Source: Octopus sinensis
Lineage: Eukaryota
Direction: 5' to 3'
NCBI RefSeq assembly: GCF_006345805.1
Contig: NW_021827654.1
Coordinates: forward strand, 1-10,011
DNA length: 10,011 nt
Shown: positions 1 to 7,375 of the stretch, piece after piece
How positions within the stretch are numbered: position 1 is the stretch's first letter
Layout of the letters: each line of letters begins with the position of its first letter
The notes under the pieces: generated by a model
The model's input: the letters and a program-made list of their open reading frames with translations, nothing else
What the model was told of the DNA's origin: nothing
The model's database searches: none
Position numbers and translations under genes: made by a program

Positions 1-305
1 AAAAATTAAATAGTCATAGACCATATTTTAAGTTCAACATCACAATCAAGGAACGGCCATAATAGGCCATTCACCCACTAGAAATAACAGCCAAAGCTTC
101 AACCGCAAATAAACATCAATTCAGGAGAAAATTAAAAAACATTTACCCTGTAATTTCTTATACGATGCACCGTTTCATCTACTGTTTAATGGTAAACTAA
201 CCTGATTAAATTAAATCAAGCCAATCTTCCATAGGCCCTTAGATTCATCGGTAAGAAATAGCCAAGTCGGAACAGATATTTTCACGAGGCATTTCCGACC
301 CAGGC

Positions 306-359
306 TCGAACGAGGCTCCTAAGAGCCCATGGCCATGGGCTCTTAGGAGCCTCGTTCGA
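306..359. repeat. Perfect 54-bp spacerless palindrome
   Basis: TCGAACGAGGCTCCTAAGAGCCCATGG (306-332) is followed immediately by its exact reverse complement (333-359). Symmetry breaks at 305/360. Confidence 0.97.
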
Positions 360-707
360 TTTGTTTTGCTCCGCCTCTGTTCTGTTTTTGTGTTTTTCCA
401 ACGGATTTCCCATTTCTTCCTGAGAGAAAGACACATATGGTCTCCTTATTCAATCGGAATTTGGAAATTGTGGCTTTCGAAACACATGTAGAATGCAATA
501 AAACGATTTCTGTTCAATCTTCGTTCAACTCCATTTCTTCAATTCACTAATAATATTAAAATTCAATATCCGCACCAACGCATGGTTGCAAACCATATGG
601 TTGTACCTCCAACCGTGCTGTCTTCTGCTGTGATTTTGCTACCAAGGTATCGGTTAAACTTTTGATTAATCTGCAACGAGATTATTCATCTTTCTATTCA
701 CAAAATA

Positions 708-711
<4 letters not shown>

Positions 712-759
<48 letters not shown>

Positions 760-878
760 ATGTAGTATGTATGCATGTATATATGTATATATGTATGTAT
801 GTATATATGTATGTAATGTATGTCTACATATATATATATATAGGCACACACTCACGCACACACACTCGTATGCGTGTG
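712..878. repeat. Compound microsatellite (TA)n / (TATG)n / (CA)n
   Basis: Read directly: pure TA 712-750, TATG-like to about 842, CA/GT-rich to about 878. Confidence 0.95.
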
Positions 879-1052
879 TGCCGTTAATCCAGACACGTTT
901 TCTCAACTAATTCCTTTCTGTAGATGAGCATATGTTCAAAACGTCGAAGATTCTTCCATTTTCCCTGAGCGTCAAAGTAATACACCTTGTTCGTTCTTCC
1001 CTTACCTGTCTTTGCTTTTGTTTTTTTCTTTTGCTAGTTTTCGATGGATGGA

Positions 1053-1278
1053 TCTCTCTCTCTCTCCAACATCCCTCTCTCTCGCTCTCTCTCAATCTAT
1101 CTATCTACCTATCCTTCTATCTACCTTTCTATTTATCTATCTGTCTGTCTGCCTATCTGTCTATCTATCTATCTATTTATTATCTATCTATCTATCTATC
1201 TGTTTGTCTCTTTGTCTACCTATCTGTCTGTCTATCTGTCTGTCTCCCTGCCTGACTATCCATCTGTCTGACTGTCTG

Positions 1279-1345
<67 letters not shown>

Positions 1346-1379
1346 GACTATCTGTCTGCCGTTCTATCTGTCTGTCCAG

Positions 1380-1457
<78 letters not shown>

Positions 1458-1462
1458 GTCTG

Positions 1463-1493
<31 letters not shown>

Positions 1494-1498
1494 GTCTG

Positions 1499-1569
<71 letters not shown>

Positions 1570-1574
1570 GTCTG

Positions 1575-1615
<41 letters not shown>

Positions 1616-1750
1616 ATGTCTATCTATCTGTCTACCTATCTATCTAACTATCTATCCCTCTGCCTGTCTGTCTGTCTGTCTATCTATCTATCCATCCATC
1701 TATCTGTCTGTCAGTCAATCTATCTCTCTGTCTGTCTGTCTATCTATCTG
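1053..1750. repeat. (CT)n followed by a long compound (ATCT)n/(GTCT)n array (GATA/GACA on the minus strand)
   Basis: About 650 bp of TATC tetramers with interspersed TGTC blocks. It accounts for the S/I/Y/L ORFs at 932-1347 and 1616-1984. Confidence 0.97.
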
Positions 1751-1799
1751 CTGGTTATGAATGCAAACCCCGGTGCGTGTCTAACTTTACAAATGTCTG

Positions 1800-1975
1800 T
1801 GAGTGTTTCTATGTATGTATATTTATATGCACATGCACATGTGCATTTATATATGCATGCATTAATGTGCGTGTGTATGTATGCACGTATACATTTATGT
1901 ATAGATGTGTGTGTGTGCGCGCACGCGACTGCGAGTGTATGTGCTTGGGTGAGCTCGGGCGCGCGCGTATTTAGA
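1800..1975. repeat. Degenerate (TG/TA/CA)n purine-pyrimidine alternating tract
   Basis: Read directly (atgcacatgcacatgtgc..., gtgtgtgtgcgcgcacgcg). Confidence 0.85.
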
Positions 1976-2537
1976 CTACGATGATCTGTGTGTAATCCGA
2001 AGATCCTCTAATTTAACTTAATCGAGTTAAATCTCTACCCCACGGTAGATATGTCACATTTTTTCATATTTCTGCGGTGGTCATATCTTTGCGTTGATAA
2101 TCAGATCTTGCATCAACGCATTATATTTTTCCCTTTCTTTGCCGTCCTACAATTATGTCGCAAATCGGAGAAATATATCACAGTTCAGATAAATACATTT
2201 TGTGTAGAATGATCTACACTGATTATATTAAGGGCGTGTGTGTGTGTGTGTATGGCAACGGGGAGCCGTGGGGAGCATTTTGGCTGGAAGCATCCATGGA
2301 GATGTGTTGTGGAAATGATTGCATCAGCAATGGTGATTGTAGCATTTGGCAAGAATAGCTTAGGAAGGAATTAACAGACTTTAATTTCCACGTAGAATTG
2401 GTTAAGTGACTGTTGGATAAGATCGATCTTTTGGTGTATATATGACTGATGAACAGAGGGAGGCTGGAATGCCTTCCTTATGAGACAGTTATAATGTTGA
2501 TTTGGGACAAATATACAATGCGTTCCAAAGATATTGA

Positions 2538-2726
2538 TTTCAAATTTTGGCACCAGGTCAGAAATTTCAGCAAAAGGGTTAATTCGATTACCTTGATAAC
2601 ATATTTTAGCTGGTATTTTATTGATCACGAAATGAGGTAAGGTAAAGCTAACCTCAGCAGAATTTGAACTTAAACCCTAAAGACGCACGAAATTTTACTT
2701 AGCGTTTTCTCCGACATGCGAAAGAT
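2538..2726 (-). mobile_element. Old, diverged tRNA-head SINE (Meta-like family, tail type B)
   Basis: Collinear with 3150-3355: tttcaaattttggcaccagg...gggttaattcgattac...ggtaaagctaacctcagcagaatttgaact...cgaaattttacttagcgttttctccgacatgcgaaagat. Confidence 0.7.
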
Positions 2727-2732
2727 ACATAT

Positions 2733-2913
2733 GTCTTTATGGACCACAAGGGGCTTAACATAGAGGCGACAAACAAGGACAGACAAAGAGTTTAAGTCGA
2801 TTACATCGACCCAAGTGCGTAACTAATATGTAATTAATGGATCCCGAAAGGATGAAAGGCAAAGTCGACTTCGGCGGAATTTGAAACTCAGAACGTAGCG
2901 GCAGACGAAATAC
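2733..2913 (-). mobile_element. Headless (A-box-less) SINE unit, tail type A, in tandem with the next copy
   Basis: 185-bp period (ccacaagggg at 2744 and 2929). Contains the B-box-like segment and central domain but stops at gaaatac (2913). Confidence 0.85.
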
Positions 2914-3135
2914 CTATTTCTTTACTACCCACAAGGGGCTAAACACAGAGAAGATAAAGAAGGACAGACAAACGGATTAAGTCGATTATATCGACCACAG
3001 TGCGTAACTGGTACTTATTTAATCGATCCCGATAGGATGAAAGGTAAAGTTGACCTCGGCGGAATTTGGACTCAGAACGTAGCGGCAGACGAAATACTGC
3101 TAAACATTTCACCCGGCGTGCTAATGATTCTGCCA
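2914..3135 (-). mobile_element. Full-length tRNA-head SINE (Meta-like central domain, tail type A)
   Basis: Minus strand: A-box-like TGGCAGAATCATTAG, B-box-like GAGTCCAAATTCC, then GGTCAACTTTACCTTTCATCCTATCGGGATCGATTAAATAAGTACCAG, which resembles the Meta/MESC SINE domain as I recall it (needs a Dfam/Repbase check). Highly similar to 8130-8361. Confidence 0.85.
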
Positions 3136-3149
3136 ATGAATATAACACC

Positions 3150-3355
3150 GGTTTCAAATTTTCGCATAAGGCAAGCAATTTCGGGAGAGGGGTTAAGTTG
3201 GTTATATCAACCCCAGTGTTTAACTGGTACTTATTTTATCGACCCCGAAAGGACAAAAGGTAAAGTTGACTTCGGTAGATTTTAAACTCAGAACGTAAAG
3301 ACGGACGAAATCCCGCTAAGTATTTTCTCCGGCATGCGAACGATTCTGCCAGCCC
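3150..3355 (-). mobile_element. tRNA-head SINE (same head and central domain, tail type B)
   Basis: Head and central domain match 2990-3135. The tail differs (minus strand ...ttaacccctctcccgaaattgcttgccttatgcgaaaatttgaaacc). Confidence 0.85.
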
Positions 3356-3391
3356 ATTGCTTTCTCAATGAGAATAATATTAGGATTTTGT

Positions 3392-3610
3392 GAAGGCAAC
3401 AATCTGGTGGAATCGTTAGCACTCCGGACAAAATGCGTAGCAGTATTTCGTCCGATTTTACGTACTGAGTTCAAATTCCGCCGAGATCGACTTTGCCTTA
3501 CGTCATTTCGGGATCGATAAAATAAATAGGAATAGAACACTGGAAACGGTGAAATCGACTTATCTCTCCCCACCCCGGAAACTGCTGGCTTTGTGCCAAC
3601 ATTTTAATTC
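3392..3610 (+). mobile_element. tRNA-head SINE (same family, tail type B), forward orientation
   Basis: A-box-like TGGTGGAATCGTTAG (3405-3419) and B-box GAGTTCAAATTCC (3467-3479), followed by the central domain and a tail matching the reverse complement of 3150-3200. Confidence 0.85.
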
Positions 3611-3740
3611 AATATCGATTTAGGATTTAGATCAGACCGATATAACATACATCTCACAACAACTAAACGTGTAGAGGGTAAGTTTTATTTCGTTTCTCCA
3701 CTCACTCGTATATGCGTGCATGTATATATACATATATATA

Positions 3741-4215
3741 TATATAGTAAAGCTAATAAAAAGGGTTAGCAGCAGGCTGCTTCGCCTCATACCGAAGGGA
3801 TTAGAAATGGCAGTCAAAGACTGTTTTTTCCATTTCTGTAAGTGGAGATTCCCAAAACGAAGGACCGTGTGGCTCACATACACAAAATCGGAGTAGCAAA
3901 TAGACGCAAACAATCACTTACCGTTAATAGCGAACATGTTTCTGGATCACAAACTCAGAAAATAGTTTGATTTCCTTCTTCGGCACTATATTCGATAGAT
4001 TTACCAAATGCCACAGGCCCTCACTTCTGACCCAGCGACATCAGACAGCGTCTATTTGCTACTCCGATTTTGTGTATGTGAGCCACGCGGTCCTTCGTTT
4101 TTGGAATCTCCACTTACAGAAAATGGAAAAAACAGTCTTTGACTGCCATTTCTAATTCCTTCGGTATGACGCGAAGCAGCCTGCTGCTAACCCTTTTTAT
4201 TAGCTTTACTATATA
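3741..4215. mobile_element. MITE-like / foldback non-autonomous DNA transposon with about 167-bp inverted arms
   Basis: 3741-3907 and 4048-4215 are reverse complements (I count 4 substitutions and 1 indel), with a 140-bp spacer. Both ends sit in TATA context. Confidence 0.85.
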
Positions 4216-4360
4216 CTGAACTTACAAAGTTCCTGACGAATTTGTCATATTTGCATACCGAAATTTACCGGTAAATAATTGTTGGTTACATGAAAAACCA
4301 CAGAAAAATTATTTACCATTTTTATTGCATTTTATTTATTTTAATTGATTATTTTATTAT

Positions 4361-4393
4361 TATATATATATATATATATATACATATACACAC

Positions 4394-4488
<95 letters not shown>

Positions 4489-4496
4489 ATGTACGT
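4361..4496. repeat. (TA)n microsatellite, interrupted
   Basis: Read directly. Confidence 0.95.
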
Positions 4497-4714
4497 ATAC
4501 AAATAAGAAAATGGAGGAACAATTCATTTCGATCATCAACTTACATATATTACAATTCTTGCATTATTGTATTGTATCATTAATTTGCATATTGATGTAT
4601 ATTGTTTTGTTCGATTTTCATGTTCCTATTTATATAATTAATAAATAATGCGAAATTGTAATATCTGTAAGTTGATGATCGAAATGAATTTGTTCCTCCA
4701 TTTTGTATTTGTAT
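4497..4714. mobile_element. Small MITE-like foldback with about 71-bp inverted arms
   Basis: 4497-4568 versus 4644-4714, roughly 90% identical (core AATTCATTTCGATCATCAACTTACA is perfect), with a 75-bp spacer. Ends read TA-CAAAT...ATTTG-TA. Confidence 0.7.
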
Positions 4715-4899
4715 TATGAATTTACGGTAAAATATTTTGCCTTCACCCATCCAATACAATAAATGAATTAATTGCATTGCAATTATAAGCATTTATGTAT
4801 TTAGTATTTGGGTTCTTCACCAGCAGTATATTGGATAACTGATATCCCATAGTGGGTTACCCTCATAATCCCTATCTTAATTTGTGCTATATATATATA

Positions 4900-5083
4900 G
4901 TTAATCCAAACAAGAAAACACAGAAAAAAGAGAAAAAAAACACAGCAACGCAGGACGTGGAACAATTAAAGTATTATTGACGCTCAGGAAAGAAGGGAAG
5001 GAGGGTTTAACGTTTCGAGCGGAGCTCTTCGTCGGAAACAAGGAGAAGGAAAGATCACAAGAAGGGAAGACAGAGGAAAAAAT
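4900..5083 (-). mobile_element. Short Penelope-like (PLE) pLTR-type fragment carrying a minimal hammerhead motif
   Basis: Contains the hammerhead-like motif at 5005-5039 and abuts a (TA)n tract at 4888-4899. Boundaries are approximate. The PLE assignment is inferred from the ribozyme architecture. Confidence 0.6.
5005..5039 (-). ncRNA. Minimal type I hammerhead ribozyme-like motif (U4C variant)
   Basis: Minus strand: GUUU-CCGACGA-A-GAGC-UCC-GCUC-GAAA-CG-UU-AAAC. Helix I GUUU/AAAC, helix II GAGC/GCUC, palindromic AACGUU helix III, GUU triplet. The core differs from CUGANGA at position 4. Confidence 0.7.
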
Positions 5084-5099
5084 ATTTGAGCTGGTGGTG

Positions 5100-5183
5100 C
5101 TCAAGAGATCACATGAGATCACTACCTATATATATATATAGGTAGATCTCAAGAGATCACTACCTATATATATATAGGTAGTG
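5100..5183. repeat. Tandemly duplicated palindromic unit CTACC(TA)nGGTAG with CTCAAGAGATCAC spacer
   Basis: Palindromes at 5122-5145 and 5158-5183. CTCAAGAGATCAC at 5100-5112 and 5148-5160. Confidence 0.9.
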
Positions 5184-5199
5184 GGTAGCGATTTTCTTC

Positions 5200-5599
5200 A
5201 CTACTTCAGGGAGTGATGACCCTGCTCAGCTGCTCCCGGGTTCAGCTGGCTCCGGGTGACAGTACCCGGTATGGGCCCCTATCCAGGGTTACGGAAAGGA
5301 GACAACCTTCAAACAAATCCGGAGTGGAGCCCCGTAGGCAGTTAGTGTTCGACTCGACACTCTTTCGGCAGCTCCTGCAACCAAGCTGGTGCCAAACGTA
5401 ATGCTCTGCACACCTTTGGACTACGTCAGCAAGGTCGAGAGAGGAATCCTGACGATTGGGCAACCCAGGATTTTCTTACATTTAGCCCAGGCTTGCGCAA
5501 GACTGGAGAAGAAAATGGAGAGGACATGAAATATAAAAATCAGGCTGGATTAGTTTACGCGCAACTCCATTGTCTCCCGAGACAAAAGGATGCCAACAA
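5200..5599 (+). mobile_element. GC-rich retroelement fragment resembling an RTE-clade LINE 5' UTR or non-autonomous derivative
   Basis: GC island in an AT-rich background. Motifs such as aaatccggagtggagcccc, ccaagctggtgccaaacgta and actccattgtctc...ggatgccaacaa resemble RTE-type elements as I recall them. No RT or endonuclease ORF. Family call unverified. Confidence 0.45.
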
Positions 5600-5613
5600 T
5601 ATATATGAATATA

Positions 5614-5698
5614 TGTGTGTGTGAGTGTGTGTGTGTGTGTGTGTGTGAGTGTGTGTGTGGGTGTGCATGTGCGCGTGTGTGTGTGAGTGTGTGTGTGT
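5614..5698. repeat. (TG)n microsatellite
   Basis: Read directly. Confidence 0.95.
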
Positions 5699-5711
5699 AT
5701 TATTTTACTAT

Positions 5712-5816
5712 ATTATTTATATTATTTACATTTGACGGATATTTGTCCGCTTAGTGGTGTGGTTAAGAGCGCGGGTTATTAATCCCAAGATTCCGAGTTC
5801 GATTCCAGGCAGTGAA

Positions 5817-5852
<36 letters not shown>

Positions 5853-6039
5853 CATCGGGAAAATACCTTAGGAATGAGAACCCAGATTCGAAATTCCCCC
5901 CAGCACACCTGATGAAGGCTGGAGAGTACATCAACCGAAACGTTGTGTTAACAACAAACAAGATGCGGATAAGTATCCGTCCAATGTAAATAATGTAAAT
6001 AATATAAATAATTCCTCATCTCTCAAATGTAGAACTGTA
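5712..6039 (+). mobile_element. Composite element: inverted terminal segment + tRNA-like head + (AAT)n + Penelope-like tail with hammerhead motif
   Basis: 5721-5750 is the reverse complement of 5965-5994 (27/30). A-box-like TAGTGGTGTGGTTAAG (5752-5767), B-box GAGTTCGATTCC (5795-5806), (AAT)n 5820-5852, hammerhead core 5905-5948. The 3' boundary is approximate. Confidence 0.7.
5905..5948 (+). ncRNA. Minimal type I hammerhead ribozyme-like motif (intact CUGAUGA and GAAA core)
   Basis: ACAC-CUGAUGA-A-GGCUG...CAACC-GAAA-CG-UU-GUGU. Helix I ACAC/GUGU, helix II GGCUG/CAACC with one mismatch, palindromic AACGUU helix III, extra A between A9 and helix II. Confidence 0.75.
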
Positions 6040-6194
6040 TTCTTTTCCTAGTTTCAGCCAATTGATTGTGGCTGTACTGAAACGCCATTTTGATATATTG
6101 TATGTGAAAATGACAGAGAAAAAAATATAATAGATTTGTGTAGATATGTTGAAAACGAGATAGATAAATACTTACACAATGTATAGACATACAA

Positions 6195-6205
6195 TATATA
6201 TATAT

Positions 6206-6251
<46 letters not shown>

Positions 6252-6310
6252 CACACCACACACATATATATATATGCACCGCACATGTATACAAACACGT
6301 ACATATATAT
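6195..6310. repeat. Compound (TA)n/(CA)n microsatellite
   Basis: Read directly. Confidence 0.9.
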
Positions 6311-6529
6311 GTCTGCGAATGAGGTGTGTGTATGTAATACAATCATTTAAATGATTTGGCTTCCAAATTAATTATCAAGTAATTAGTTTATTACATATTC
6401 AATTAAGTAATTATAAATTGAGATATTCGAGGTATGGATTTCATACAAACATGAAAAGTAATATATGTCACTGAGAGGGAGGCGGAGAACATATATGAAT
6501 CGGGGCTAAACAAGATTATGTATTATATT

Positions 6530-6585
6530 GTGTATATATATATATATATATTATAATATATATATATATATATAATTATATACAT

Positions 6586-6626
<41 letters not shown>
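6530..6626. repeat. (TA)n followed by (CA)n microsatellite
   Basis: Read directly. Confidence 0.95.
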
Positions 6627-6935
6627 AGCAAATCACTTATCCAATACGAATTAAATGTTTATTTCTTGAAATAGTATCCAAATGTCATTTGTATTATCAG
6701 AACTGTCTGATGAACGACCACATGAACCTCTGAACAACTGTATATACATGCATACATATATTTATATATATATATATGTATATAATCAAAATAAGCAACA
6801 AGTATGTCCAAGGTCGAGTAGTACATTTTAAAACTGATGTAATACTTACAGTGTTTAATAAAATGAAGTAGCATGAAACAATTGTACTGCTCTATATCCT
6901 TGTTGCTTATTTTGATTATAATCACCCTATTTGAT

Positions 6936-7375
6936 GTAGAGTATAGAAGCCATTGGGGAGGGGGTGTTACTGTAGCTTTATAGCCCCAAGAGATCTTCGT
7001 CTCTAGCTGGCTTTAGACACAATATCTGTGTCCTTGGAGTATTTGCAAAGGGAGGCCATCCCTTCCTCGCAAGCCTGAGTGATACGCTCGAACTAGTTTC
7101 GGGATTGTTGTCCCTCGTCAACGGGCGGTAACCACCAGGTAGCGATGAAAGTGAAGGCTCCTTTGCAAATATATATAAGTATTTCTAATGGCGTCTGCCA
7201 CTGATGTCGAAAAACGAACAGTAAGCATAATTAAATCTCAGAATGAGATTGAAACAGTAATCGCTCGATAATGTAAAGTATAACCCCAATGTGGTTAGCC
7301 ATGATAAGATGGCTTCTATACTTTACATTATCGAGCGATTACTGTTTCAATCTCATTCTGAGATTTAATTATGCT
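6936..7375 (-). mobile_element. 440-bp non-autonomous Penelope-like / retrozyme-like insertion with 13-bp TSD and 5' inverted segment
   Basis: Direct repeat CACCCTATTTGAT at 6923-6935 and 7376-7388. Perfect 59-bp inverted repeat 7224-7282 / 7317-7375. 6936-6953 is the reverse complement of 7309-7326 (17/18). Hammerhead motif at 7085-7127. Confidence 0.8.
7085..7127 (-). ncRNA. Minimal type I hammerhead ribozyme-like motif (C3U variant)
   Basis: Minus strand: CGCCCG-UUGACGA-GGGA-CAACAA-UCCC-GAAA-CUAG-UU-CGAGCG. Helix I 5 of 6 pairs, helix II GGGA/UCCC, palindromic ACUAGU helix III, GUU triplet. Confidence 0.75.

Noticed and set aside
1-560. Possible decayed coding sequence on the minus strand (ORF 245-436)
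   Set aside because: No recognisable domain, stops in all frames nearby, and the ORF runs through the palindrome.
591-602. 12-bp palindrome AACCATATGGTT with nearby GGTTG/CAACC motifs
   Set aside because: Short enough to arise by chance, with no associated element ends.
666-1984. Many 60-120 aa ORFs rich in Y/I/S/L/C/V
   Set aside because: They are translations of (TA)n, (CT)n, (TATC)n and (TG)n arrays. The same applies to ORFs at 4290-4583, 6023-6346 and 8597-8947.
2265-2540. Purine-rich stretch that reads partly in frame (IWQE*LRKELTDFNFHVELVK*LLDK...)
   Set aside because: Several stops and no motif I can assign. It may be an old LINE relic but I cannot support that.
2733-3610. CRISPR-like array or tRNA gene cluster
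   Set aside because: Units are 185-220 bp SINE copies with shared internal sequence, not short repeats with unique spacers. The heads do not form complete cloverleaves.
4233-4283. Fourth hammerhead candidate: CTGACGA ... GAAA-TTTACCGGTAAA-TA
   Set aside because: Core words and a palindromic helix III are present, but neither helix I nor helix II can pair. Other CTGANGA hits (about 2446, 5449, 6709) lack a suitably placed GAAA.
5213-5463. Overlapping GC-rich ORFs (62 aa plus strand, 73 aa minus strand)
   Set aside because: No domain similarity that I recognise. Better explained as incidental ORFs in a GC-rich retroelement UTR.
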